A DNA stretch of 64,000 nt from Chrysomallon squamiferum (taxonomy: Eukaryota; Animalia; Mollusca), in the NCBI GenBank assembly GCA_012295275.1, contig CM022670.1:4526001-4590000 (forward strand). Reading direction: 5' to 3'. Shown in pieces: positions 44,227 to 56,907 of this stretch; position 1 is the stretch's first letter; the number at the start of each line of letters is the position of its first letter. The notes below the pieces were generated by a model, which was given only the letters and a program-made list of their open reading frames with translations, had not been told where the DNA came from and did not search any database. The position numbers and the translations under genes were made by a program.

Positions 44227-44270
<44 letters not shown>
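44110..44270. repeat. (CA)n(TA)n(CA)n compound tract
   Basis: Direct reading. Confidence 0.95.
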
Positions 44271-44995
44271 TATACAGATATGTCTACATACATGCATACA
44301 GATATACTTACATGTAGATGCATATAGTAAACAGACAAACATGTAAAGGTATTATTTTAACATACTTCTTTTTTGTAACTCCCTCTTTGTGTCTGACCGA
44401 GTACTGTGTTACGATTCGCGTTCAACACCATCTGTTGTAATTATAATTAAGTTTCGAACAAGTCGCATGAGTCAACTGCATTACATACGTAATCTTTTTT
44501 AATTAACATTAAATTCCATTATCCATTTACGACAAACTGAAAAACAGGTTCGGAAGTTTTGTCTTGTATATTGATTATATCGCCAATTGTGCATTTTGCC
44601 AAATGGTGTCTAATTTAATTTTTCAACAATTAATGGGTTGGCCAAATAACCATGCGTGCAGTGAATATTTATAAATGTTTCGGAGGAATGGATTTGCTGT
44701 CAACATTAACAGTTTACATAGGATTTATTCGAAGAAGAACTATAGATCCACCGTTATGTTTATTGATTTCGAAGACAAAGATGAAGAATATTAATGGAAA
44801 TTAGTTAGAAAAACTGTTATCTTCAATGGGGAAAAATCCGTTACTGTTGTATTGAATAAAAAATAAAATAAAAGATATATTGTATCGTGGGCACGTTTTA
44901 TAATAGTGTTATGTGGACGGAATCGTTCAATAAGTAGGATGTTCTACAGGTAACTGCGTTGATTATGTCGAAAGCGCACGTAACTATAATATATG

Positions 44996-45461
44996 GACAT
45001 GATATATATGTACAGCTGATATAAATGTAGACATGATGTATATGTAGTCAGGATACATATATGTACAGCTGATATAAATGTAGACATGATGTATATGTAC
45101 AGCATGATATATATGTAGTCAGGATACATATATGTAAAGCATGATATATATGCAGACATGATATATATGTAGACATGATGGATATGTAAAGCATGGTATA
45201 TATGTAGACATGGTATATATGCAGACATGATATATATGTAGACATGATGGATATGTTGATATGATATATATGTAGACATGGTATATATGTAGACATGATA
45301 TATATGTAGACATGATGGATATGTAAAGCATGGTATATATGCAGACATGATATATATGCAGACATGATATATATGTAGACATGATGGATATGTAAAGCAT
45401 GGTATATATGTAGACATGATATATATGCAGACATGATATATATGTAGACATGATATAAATG
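44996..45461. repeat. Minisatellite, 17-19 bp unit, about 27 copies
   Basis: Consensus GACATGATATATATGTA with variants GACATGATGGATATGTA, AAGCATGGTATATATGTA, CAGCTGATATAAATGTA and GTCAGGATACATATATGTA. Confidence 0.95.
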
Positions 45462-45659
45462 ATATATATATTTCCGAAGATTTTAGCTTTATATTTTCTC
45501 TCTTTCTTTTGTTCGTTCTTTGTTAGATAGACAGAGAAACAGACAAATTGACACATACGTATATATATATATATATATTGATATATATATACACACATTA
45601 TTCTTTTTTCTTTCTTTCTTCTTTCATATATTTGATTTAACCACTATTCTGAAATGTAA

Positions 45660-46055
45660 TTAATAACAACAACATAGCAACAATAGTAATGATAACAATA
45701 GCATTAATCGTAAAGATAATAACGTTTGTAATAGATGTTGTAATAGTAGTAGGAGCGGTAATAGTATTAGTAGTAGTGGTGGTTGTCATACTCGTTGAAG
45801 TGGTGGTGATGATAGTAGTAATAGTAGTAGAAGTAGCAGTAGTTGTTGTTTTAGTAACAGTAGTAGTAGGTAGTAGTTGTGATGGTGGTGATAACTGCAA
45901 TAGCAGTAATAGCTATTGTTATGGTTGTTATAATAGTAATAAAAGTAACAGTAGTTGATATTATGGTAGTAGTAATAGATGTAGTAGTTGTAGTAGATGT
46001 GATTTTTGTTATAGTAGTAGTAGTATGCAACTAGAATATCAGCAGCAGCAGCAGC
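45660..46055. repeat. Degenerate (GTA/GTG/ATA)n tract
   Basis: Direct reading. Confidence 0.85.
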
Positions 46056-46426
46056 CAATATTCGTAGCAGTTAAAGCTAAAATATTATTACAAAAAAACA
46101 TGAAAATGAGTAAAATTAGGGTGTAATTGTTAATTACACGAAACAAAAACCCTGCATTTTTTAGTTTATGTCAAAAACTGTTAGGACAAAATACAGTCAT
46201 GTGAGGAATACAAAAAAAGGAATTACATATCTTCGGTTTTTCGTTAAATTATTGACTGCAACTGAAAAACGATTGAAAAACGATTGAAAAACGATATTCC
46301 GTTGTGAAATATTAATGCCCGTGTTTCGTGTTTTCTGAGTAATACCGTTAACTATGAAACAAACATATAATTAGCAGCACTTTTTTTTGTCCTGCGCTTG
46401 CACCAAGAAACGTCTATGCTTGAAGG

Positions 46427-46439
46427 GTCACGTGACGTC
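46427..46439. promoter_or_regulatory. USF/MiT-TFE-type E-box overlapping a CRE half-site
   Basis: GTCACGTGAC palindrome (46427-46436) running into TGACGTC. Confidence 0.4.
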
Positions 46440-47388
46440 GTTATTTACGGGTCATTGAGCAGCCGGCGTGTGACAGGTTTTTGAAATCCATCTCCCATGA
46501 CGATTGTGTATGAATTATGCAAATGATAGTCTTCAAGAAATAGTTGGTTGACAAGTCTGGAGAGAGAAAAAATATATATTGAATAAATAAAAACAGAGAA
46601 AAGGAAAATAGCCAAATATTTATTCAAAAATACTTGTATGTTTTGCAATATAACTTATATGTATGTGTATATTTACGTGATTTAAATAACAACCAAATAC
46701 AATGCTTGTACGAAGTACGTATAACAGACCTAGACATGTTTAAAGACATGTATAAACATATAATACACATAATACTCCTACATAAACAAGCACACACAGA
46801 CATTTGTATGAACATAAATACTAGAAATGCTTCTTTTGCATAGCTCCTGCCTCGTTTCTCTTCTTTCCACGTTTTTCTAAGTGAAGCATGAATATTTATT
46901 TTATCTATAACTGGCACTGCGCAGTATGTCTTAACTCTTGGAAAGGTTTTTCGTCTCAGGTGTCTTTAACTACAGATGTACAAATTGAATTAACTCCTGA
47001 AGTAAAACCGACTTGGCACTTAGTGGTCGTATGACATTAATTATATATACATACACACCTATTTCTTCCACGTGCAGTATAGGTAAGTCTAGCACATTGT
47101 CCACACAATTTATTTTGCTTCGGTGCTCATTGAGAAAGTCCACATTCGGTCGATTTGCTTTTGTCTTTGATAAAGAATTTGCCTGGTAATGAGTGTGATT
47201 GGAGGTCAGATTATGTGTTTGACGAAATGATGTAGAAAGTGATTGAGAGAGAGCGAGAAAAACAGATGTAGACAGACAGACAGACAGAGCGTGTATGTAC
47301 GTATATGAATATGACAGAGGAGATGCAAAAGCAGAGAAAGATGAAGGAAGAATGACTAATATGCTGAGGAAAAAAAAAAAAGGTAGTT

Positions 47389-47392
<4 letters not shown>

Positions 47393-47461
<69 letters not shown>
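47393..47461. repeat. (GA)n microsatellite
   Basis: Pure GA run. Confidence 0.99.
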
Positions 47462-47462
<1 letters not shown>

Positions 47463-47516
47463 AGGCAGCGAGACTTACAGGGTCACGAAACAATAATTCG
47501 CTTTATTAGATATTAT

Positions 47517-47524
47517 TGACGTCA
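47517..47524. promoter_or_regulatory. CRE palindrome
   Basis: TGACGTCA at the start of the 47.5-47.8 kb island. Confidence 0.3.
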
Positions 47525-48705
47525 TTGTAAAAAGAAGAGCTTGGCAAGCAGAACGCAGCATGTACATTTTTGTCAAATGGGAATGCAGTTTCTTACAGAA
47601 ATAATCACGGCACTGGCATGTGGCTTAGTTCTCCTCATTCGCGTATGCTTTGTAGTGCACGAGGAATTAACGCTTGACAAGCCTAACGCCTCATCTGATC
47701 CGCGTGTATTTCCCATGCACAGGTACAGGGCCCGTGCGATACTGTTACTGTGATCTGATTAGCATGGTTCTTCCATCGCACAGTCCACAGATTTACTGAG
47801 ATTCCAACCATTGTAAGTACTTGTTACTCTTTTTTACTGAAGAACATAAGTATGATGATGGTCTATTGGAATGCATTTGAACCCGGTTAATACTTACTTG
47901 TTTGCATCTTTCGCAAGGTTAATAACGACGATATTATACGCTGAACCGTAACTGTAGCTCTGTTTCTCGTGGCCTATGTTATTTACGTCAACAGAAAGAA
48001 AGAAAATAAAAGAAAAATACCATCTGTAGAATATTGTAAAAGTACTGCGCTAGGACGATAATTATATGAAAACAAACCTCGCAAAGCAAAAAGACAGTTT
48101 GAAAATGAGGAAGACGGATTTTCTCGTGTTACTGTTAATGTATATTGTTTCTTGTCTGTGTATTTTCAAAACAACGGTTCTTTGGCTGAAGTAAAAATCT
48201 GCCATTCCAAAGATAAGATCGAAGGTTAACATATTATTATTTTTTCTTTACTTACAGAATGATGGAAGGTCTTGAATTTTTTTTTATTTTTTTTTTTTTT
48301 TTACTATTTTCCTTTCTATGTGAAACATAGCTTACGATTTTTCAGGAAAGAAAATACATGTATTTCATTGCTGTTATAAACAAAGACCCACATTGTTTAC
48401 GTTCTAAGCTGTCGTTTAAAACTAAATATTATTCTTCCTTTGAATCTGAATGTTAAATATCCCTACCAAGAAGGTTTGGCTAGTGTGCTAGAAGAATACA
48501 GGAGAAACACGACAAAAATAGGTTTCATATTAAAACTGATCATCTTTCGTTCCTGTCTCTTCTCTGCCACTGATTGTCATACAAGTCTACTTTAGTTTGT
48601 CTGTACTGTCCGTGCGTCTGTTTGTCTTTCTTTCTGTGTTAAAAATCGTCAGCATGTAAAACATTTTCCGTGATTCTGCTCGCACTGACATGGTTGGAAA
48701 AGCTT

Positions 48706-48743
<38 letters not shown>

Positions 48744-48961
48744 TACAAAAGGAAAATAACGAACAGAATTGCAGAGATAACTAAGAAATAAATAACAAAA
48801 AAAAACAACCCAAAACTAAACACTCTATTTATTATACTAACAGGCTTATTCGAGATACAGATCTAGAAGTATGGCGTACCTTACGTGCGGCAACCCATAT
48901 TTGTTTGTTGTTGGGGAGGCAGTTTTTTTTTTCCGTTTTTTTTTTCAGACATTATTTTTTA

Positions 48962-48992
<31 letters not shown>

Positions 48993-49468
48993 TTATTATT
49001 ATTATTATTAAAATCGCCCGTTTCCAAAAAAAAAAAAAAAAAAAATCGATCCGTGCACTTATTATAGAGATGCATTTTATGAATATTTGAACAAAAGAGA
49101 ATATAAATCAGAACATAAATAACACACACATTCTCAAACACCTGGGTGCTGTACGGATAATGCAGTTTTGCGGTCTGACCAGTTGAATTAGGCGCATCGA
49201 TACAGATCTAGTAACTAATCATATGTAGCAGGCTGGCTTTTTATTTATCTACCTAACATTGTAACAAAGACAATCATTGATCTAAGTACCATTAGTGTCT
49301 TTGATGTAATGTAGCCAGTGTGTAGCAGGTGCAGTGATATATTTTGAATATATAAAATTACGAAAATACGGTCGAGGACATGTAATATATTTTAATCGTT
49401 AATGTAGATAAAGTAGGCCGTATTTTTATTGTTAATTAGATTTTTTTTTCCTTATTGTGACATTTATG

Positions 49469-49582
<114 letters not shown>

Positions 49583-52247
49583 GCGTGGTGCGTATATATA
49601 CGTGTGTGTGGGCCTATATACTCATACAAACAGAAAGAGGGATTTTTGTGCGAGTTAAAGTGCAGTTTGTTTCCATTTCATAAATAGAAATTCCTACATA
49701 CGTCTGCTTATGCGTAAAGCACAAAAACATATACACCCATCAACATAGAGATACACATATTGTAAGTTAACATTAACACAAAAGTTAGAAAATACATAAC
49801 ATGACTGTAACAGCATTTGGGTAATTTTAAATCGTTGAATGACATTAATGTACAAAACAGAGTCGAATATTCAAACACCTTGCCCCTGTGGATTAATGAA
49901 ATCTATTTTAGCATTTTCTTTGCATGAAAATCTGGAACGTGGAATATAATAACAGCCTATATGGTTACGTGTATACTTTATATTGATTTTTTACTAATAT
50001 CTTTGTTGGATATCTTAGACTTCCTTTCGATTTCACTTGGGAATATTCTAAGTGTGAGAATCTATTGGAAAATCAATAGGTTAGTTGTCTTTTAAAATAC
50101 TTTGCATAATTTTCAGTATTCCCAATCCTAATCTAAATTTCACACGTTCTCTTTTTTTCGAGGACTATGCAGTGTTGATACAAATCGTACCAAAATGAAG
50201 ATACTCGTAAAGCCGATATTCCCATCGGAAAAGTAAAATTTAGTTTCTCAGATATTTAGTTTCTTTTCCATTGAAGAGTATCCTGCTTTGATCCACTGGA
50301 AGATCATGTAAAACAATGACAGCAAGCAGAATCAATTTTAAAATTTTCTTTTCTTTCATTTTTATTTTATCTATTGATCTACCTGTATGTTCTTTTACAC
50401 TTCTGTCTGCCTGTCTGTCTAAGGTGTAAGCTAGGTGTGTATGTTTGTATATAAAGTATACATAGATTGTGTGGGCGTCCATCCATCCAATCATCCAACT
50501 ATGCATACCATTCATCCAAGCATTCGTCTATTCATTGATGCGTTCATTCATCCGTCCATCCACGCATCTATCTATCCATCCACCCATTCATCGGTTGATC
50601 ATTCCATTCATCTAGTTATTCACACAGGCCACAAACACAGATAAAATCAGCAAAGAGAAATCTTCTTCTGTTTTTGCGCACACACACTGTTTCTCAGAGA
50701 AAGAAAATCAATTGTTCGCGACGAGTTCTTCCGAGACTCGGTTAATTAGCGAATGTCGACCCGCCACCTGAGCCGATTTAGCGCCGTAACAGGTGATAAT
50801 CACATCTAGCATTTTACTCAAATCAACGTCCAAACAAGGCTTAAGTCAGATTCTGAAAAATCATCAACGTTCAGGGAAAGGTCTAGATGAAATGACGCCA
50901 AATCTCAGTCGTTTCCGATCCCTTCGTTTGAAAATGTTGTTTTCTTGATAATCAAATTTCGAGGTAAAAAAAAAAGACTGTTTTAAGAAATAAATGAAAA
51001 AGATTTTTTAATTTTTTTTAAAATTAACACATAAATCTGAAAAAAAGAAAAGAAAAGAAAAGTTAATTAAATTAAAAAGAAGCTGCTAAAGAACAAAAGA
51101 AACAAAGTGAATTGTCTTTTTCGTTTGCTGTTTTTCTCTTTTCTTTCGTTCTTCGATTCCTTTTTCCTTTTATTTTTATTTCTATTTTTTTTCATTTTAA
51201 TAAACAGTTACACGTTTGTGCTTTTTATTTGAAAGGTTTTACATTAGGCACGTCAGGAAACCGCATTTATTATAAGTGAGCGCAGAATTGTTATTATAAA
51301 AAAATAAATCTCTAGCTTAAAATATTAGTAAACAGTCTATCACTGACATTTCAGCAACAAAAGCTGCTTTATAATTGTCCCTGGGGAAATTTTTTAAGTC
51401 TGTATCAACTGTTGGGTACAATAACATTGGCTTAAAGAAGAAAAAGGTATCTATCGAGTTCCAGAGAAATCACATTAAAAAAAAGTCACTTTATTCATTA
51501 ATTCATTTATTCTTTTCTACATAATTCAATTTACAAGTTCACTCTTCCCTATATTTTAATATAAGCATTCCCAAAGCTAAAATAAATTTTTTGTTTTCAC
51601 ACACCACTACCTGAAAAAACTCAACTTACACATATAATTATAAAAATAACTATGAACACCAACAAACACACAATGCGCAGAGAGATAAAAATCTAGACAA
51701 TTATCTTTCGTTATTGATTAAGAACGAGAAGATCAAACATAACCGTCAAATCATTTTTACCAACACAGTCTGCTTCCATTGTCTACAATTTCCACGAACC
51801 GATAAGCTAATTCACTTTGTGTTTTCTTTTTCGTCTTCATATTTTTCTTTCTTAAAGCCATAAAATATCGTTACTCGTTTGATTTCACATAAAACATATA
51901 CTCGTAGCAAATCCAACGTCATTTTAATCGAAATTATCCCAAAGGAAATTTTATGCCTATGATTGCTTTCAGATATTTCTCGAGATTCCAACTTAATAGC
52001 CCTTAAGTATTCCCACCATGGCGACGCATAATATAACTATTGGAATTATAGCCTTGAGATCAAAGAATGGAGTTGATTACAACACTGGACTGAGGCGTTT
52101 AATTAACGATCAATAGTCGGCCGAAAAACAAACAAGATTCATGACTTTTTTAACTTTACGTTCTAACATTCGGTTCTGTGTGCTATGTCATTAGTCGTCT
52201 GTTGCCAGGTATGGAGATGAAACAAGATGTCTAGATTTTTTAAAGTG

Positions 52248-52249
<2 letters not shown>

Positions 52250-52300
<51 letters not shown>
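52250..52300. repeat. (CA)n microsatellite
   Basis: Direct reading; others at 25278-25322 (CA) and 12463-12502 (GT). Confidence 0.98.
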
Positions 52301-52308
<8 letters not shown>

Positions 52309-53488
52309 AAACACGCGCACATTCTCTCACATATATATACATTAGTACACATACACATATCCACACCTACAATATTTATTTATTTATTTAATATTACTAC
52401 TACTACTGCTATTAGTATCATCATCAACAACAACATCATTATCAGCAGTATCAAATCATCTACAATTTATTTAGAATTATTTTTATATACAGGTTAGTAG
52501 GTCACATAGAGCTGTCTAATATTTTTGGCCACCTGCTGTATTCTCAGCATTTCCAATTATAACCAAAGGCTGGTTTCCAGAGGCGATTCACACATCCATT
52601 AAATAACACAATTTACAGCTATATAAAAATTATCTTATTTGCAACAAAACATTTTTTTTTTTTTTTTTACACAATATTAAAATCGTTTAAAAAGGCAAAA
52701 ATATGGTTTCTCGCAGATATGTCCTGGATAACGATGGTGTGTTTTGGAGCAATTCCTAGACACTGAATGGAACAGATGCACTCCAGAGTGCATACTGAAG
52801 AGGACTGATCATGCATCGTTCTAATTTGCTGTTAGCGCACCGTTCTTTCTAATTATGGGAGTCGAACTCAGTGATCAGACACCTCTTGCCACAAAAACAT
52901 CTAAAAACCTAATTGGCACATAAATTTTACAGCAGGCGACCTTTTTAAGCACAAACGAAAGCGTCTAACTAGAAAGAATTCTTTTACGTTGGCTAATGGC
53001 TTTGCCAGAATAGAAATACAGTTTGTCACCAATTTGTATTCAACAAGTTTCTGCACAGGGACATTGCCCACTCATTCGGAAGCTCAGCGGCATGGCAATA
53101 TTGAATCGGGAAGTAGACGATGCGGAAAAAAAAGAAGGACCAACTGTTATTGGTTTCTTTTAATAAGTCATTTAGTCAAAACTCTTAGCCAATTCCAGCT
53201 GAGAAAACTAGCATGTTTTTTGTTTTAAATGATGATTGTATATCAGACAAGTTTAATAGTGACTTGAATCTGAAATGCATCAGACGAAACAAACAAACAA
53301 GAAAGTAACTATATATTTTTTTGATGCGTTATCAGCAAAACCGGTCATTTTCATTATATTTATGTGATTCTCACCGTTATGAAAATTAACTTTATCATCA
53401 ATATCATCATTGATATCATCATCTTTTTATTTTTTCTCTCAGGCATAGTCTGAATACTTTTCCTTTTTCTTCTTACAAATATTCCTTA

Positions 53489-53506
53489 TGACGTCACACG
53501 ACGTCA
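53489..53506. promoter_or_regulatory. Tandem CRE (CREB/ATF) sites
   Basis: TGACGTCA (53489-53496) followed by CGACGTCA (53499-53506). Confidence 0.4.
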
Positions 53507-53644
53507 GCCACGTTTTCTACTTGACTTGATGGATAACTGCTCTGCACACATACCAAGATGGTTGTCTCAGACAATGTACACCTGTACTTAGTTTTGCTGT
53601 AGATGGTATCATCTAGTTAGACACGCGTTTATAATCAGAGAAAT

Positions 53645-53654
53645 GCCGCCATTT
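53645..53654 (-). promoter_or_regulatory. YY1/Pho consensus site
   Basis: GCCGCCATTT on the + strand, inside an island. Confidence 0.4.
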
Positions 53655-55394
53655 CAGTCAGAATTCCAAACACGGTATCTGCAACACAGCAATGCCATCA
53701 GTTGTCACGGTATCTTTTTCACGATACAGTTTCCAAAATTCTGCGTATGAAGTTACAAACAATTCGTTATGAAGACCATTACTGGTCAAGAAATGTTAAA
53801 GAAAAAGCAAAATGAAAATATACTGGGTTTAAATTACTGTACTCTGCATAAAGCTCACACATTAGGATTTAGAATGAGACTAGTCGAACGTCTTCAAATT
53901 TTGACAACAATCAAATCTTTCTCTTTTTTTCTTCATAATGAAAGTAATTTTATTTTGAAAGTCACACTGAAAACTTTCATTAACAAAACATTAGATATTT
54001 ACGAGTACAAGGATTTTATTATATTTATTTAAAATGAAACATCAGAACTAGCAGTACAGAATTTTGAACTCATAACAGAAATTTATAAACAGAACTTGTT
54101 TGTTCTAGATGTCTGTCAAATACAACTATCTTTCCTCTGCTTCTATTTCTCTCTACTCCATCTTCTTTTCTTAAACTATTGTTCGCAGCAGTGAAGTTTA
54201 ACATTAAGTCTACGAGTCATTCTTGCTTGCATGTTCAGCCAATTGTCCTCACAGCATTGTTATCACATCACGTTTTTAAAATTACTGTCATCTAACAGCG
54301 AGAGTAAAACACGATCGGCAAACGTTGGACGCGGATACGGAAGGCAAATGAACAGCCCAATTTGCAGAGGACAACAATTATGTGTAATCGTCGGGGGCTG
54401 GACGTATGGGAATTCAAACAAAATTGTCGACTTATGCTTGACTTACCAGCCACGGAGCCGTTGTCTTTAGGCGGATTTACAAACAGTGTAACTAAGTCAT
54501 TCGTTCAATCGACAACAAGCCGATGATATTGACTCTACCGGGAGGGAGGTGTTTTTTTGTGGTTTTTTTACTGCTGTTTTTTCTTCTTCTTTTTTTTTTT
54601 ACTCTCTCTCTCAGTTTCACAAACTGTTTTTTGATGTAGGAAATCAATTTTGTTATTGGTTGGAGTCTGGTTCACAGTTTGTGTCCTATTGAAAAATAAT
54701 TAGACCCCTCGAGTCTTGCAGATTTACACGTTCTGAAGAAACAGAATAAAATCAAGCAAAATGTTTTATAGTGTTAACTCTTCCACAGAAAGAAAAAAAA
54801 AAAAAAAAAAAAAAAAACACCAACCAAAAACATATTAAGAAAAACTAATAATGGTATTTAAGAAAAAAAAAAATAATCAAAAATGAAATTAGAATAAAAA
54901 GCAAACAGTGATTCCAGCATTTTCTCAAAATGCCTTAGACCAGAATGATTGCAGTGCCCAATAAGCAACTGCCAAACATCCAATATTTGTTAAAGGTATT
55001 GGGGCATTTTACGCGACGGTCAATATTGAATGAAATGAACTGAGGACATTAGCACGGTGTTCTGTTAGCGCTAAGAGAGTTACTCAGGAGCTGGCACCAC
55101 GAAGGCCTTGTCGGATAATATCTCACATTCTCCGATGAGTTTACATATTGGATTATCAACGGCTGATCGTTGCCACCTTTGGTCAGCCCATTGTGTGGCC
55201 TGTGAATGGGGTGTCTGGTTTCAGTGGACAGTGTCCAGATTACACTGGTCATCGCACGAAATTAAATCTCTGATATGTTAGTTATGCGGGATTTATCAAG
55301 TCCATTGAAAAGTCTTATGTTGAATTTGACTTGCCTCGACTTTCAAGTTCATAAGTTCATATTTAAATGCAGCTTTGGTGTTAGAATTTGATAG

Positions 55395-55720
55395 TACTAC
55401 TATTATTACTTTCTCTACCACTAATACAAGTAGTACTACTGCAATAATAATAATTATTATTACTACTGTTACTACTACTACTACTACTAGTACTACTACT
55501 ACTACTATAATATAATCTGATAATACTCTAATAGTACTACCTGTGCTGCTACTACCAGTACTATTAGAAGTACTATCGCAATAATAATATTATAATAATA
55601 ATAATTATTATTATTATTATTATTATTACTAGCAGTAGCTGTGACAGCAGCAGCAGAAGTAATAGTAGTAGTAGTAGTAGTAGTAGTAATAGTAGTAATA
55701 ACACTGTAGTAATAATGTGT
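55395..55720. repeat. (TAC)n(AAT)n(ATT)n(GTA)n compound tract with inverted symmetry
   Basis: Left half is TAC/AAT; right half carries the reverse complements ATT/GTA. Confidence 0.88.
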
Positions 55721-56804
55721 TATTGTTATAAGACAAACTCGATAAATCAGAAAGATATGTATACATCGGTATGAGTGAGATGAGGTTGAGGTGTTGACAA
55801 TGTCGTTGTGAAACCTCCTTCTTAATTGACTTATGGTCCTTCACTGACACATTACAGCTGTTCCTCGCTTCATGCAACCGATTATTGATCCCTTTGTCTC
55901 GCTCTGAGATGACAAATCAAATAATATCGACAGTCATCAAAGAGTTTCTCCGTTCACCAATACTCGAAGGACAACTGTATTCCAGATATCCCCAGTTATC
56001 TCCATTCTCGTTCATTTTCTTCACGTTATACGAAATCACAGAAAGTGATAATATGCATTGTTATTGTGGTCATGCTCGTAAAATTTGGCTGTGGATGGGC
56101 AATTCAATAAGAGCACTCGAGAATGCTTTCGCCTCCATTCATAGGGGACATTAATGTCTTCATTCTCATAGTTATCAGATATTTACAGCGTCATCAGTAT
56201 TCGTAATTCGAGCACATTATTATCATTCTTATCGTTATGCGCCATATAATCACCATTTATACCTTTACGGATCTTTCAACAAGGTAATTATTTGGCCAGT
56301 CAGACTTTTGTTAGTTGTTTCATTACAAATAAATAGCGAACAATTCGGCTGTGAAAATGGCACTGTTACAACTAAAGATACTGCCGATATCTATAAAAGC
56401 TTTCTTAAATCATTTTTTTTTTATTATTATTTCTTTTTATGGAAATGAATACTTTTTGTGCTAAATAGTGAAGGATCATCAGCATTAATAACCAGAAGAA
56501 TAAACATCGGAGTATTCATAAAATTATAATGACAGCAGTAGTAGTAATAATAGCAGATATCAGACACTGTAAGTAGATACAGAATCAGCAGTAAATTGTT
56601 ATAAAAGTGCTTTTTCGTATGTTTTCTTCCTTTTCTTTTCATTTCATAAATAAACAATTGAACAAATAAATAAATAAATAAGTTAATGAACAAAGGTGTT
56701 TTACTTTTGTAATAGTGGTTCTAGTTAAGGTTGTAATTGACTGGTGCTTCTGTAAGTATTTTCATGTTATTTGCTAATAGCCAGCATGATGTATCATCCG
56801 TTCA

Positions 56805-56836
56805 TTCATTTCTTTTACGGCTTTTGTCTCTTCCAG
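56805..56836 (+). other. 3' splice acceptor upstream of the protocadherin coding exon (exon start 56837); a second possible acceptor ends at 56905
   Basis: Pyrimidine tract ttcatttcttttacggcttttgtctcttccAG ends at 56836. A second candidate is tctgttatattccAG|tcATG, with AG at 56904-56905. Confidence 0.7.
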
Positions 56837-56907
56837 AATCGCTAAATCAGCATGTATACGACAACAAACCTACTACCCTAGATATCGACATCTGTTATAT
56901 TCCAGTC

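Noticed and set aside
44944-45598. His/Tyr/Ile-rich repetitive ORFs and a CRISPR-like appearance
   Set aside because: A contiguous minisatellite with no unique spacers, no cas genes, and a eukaryotic context.
46263-46295. Tiny tandem repeats (TGAAAAACGAT x3; also TGATCCACAATC x2 at 38382-38407 and AAGCATTTGG x3 at 60786-60813)
   Set aside because: Ordinary local slippage duplications with no shared motif or further structure.
56737-56907. N-terminal 57 codons of the 1058 aa ORF
   Set aside because: The track start is TTG and the region contains a splice acceptor; the signal peptide begins at ATG 56908 (or 56920).
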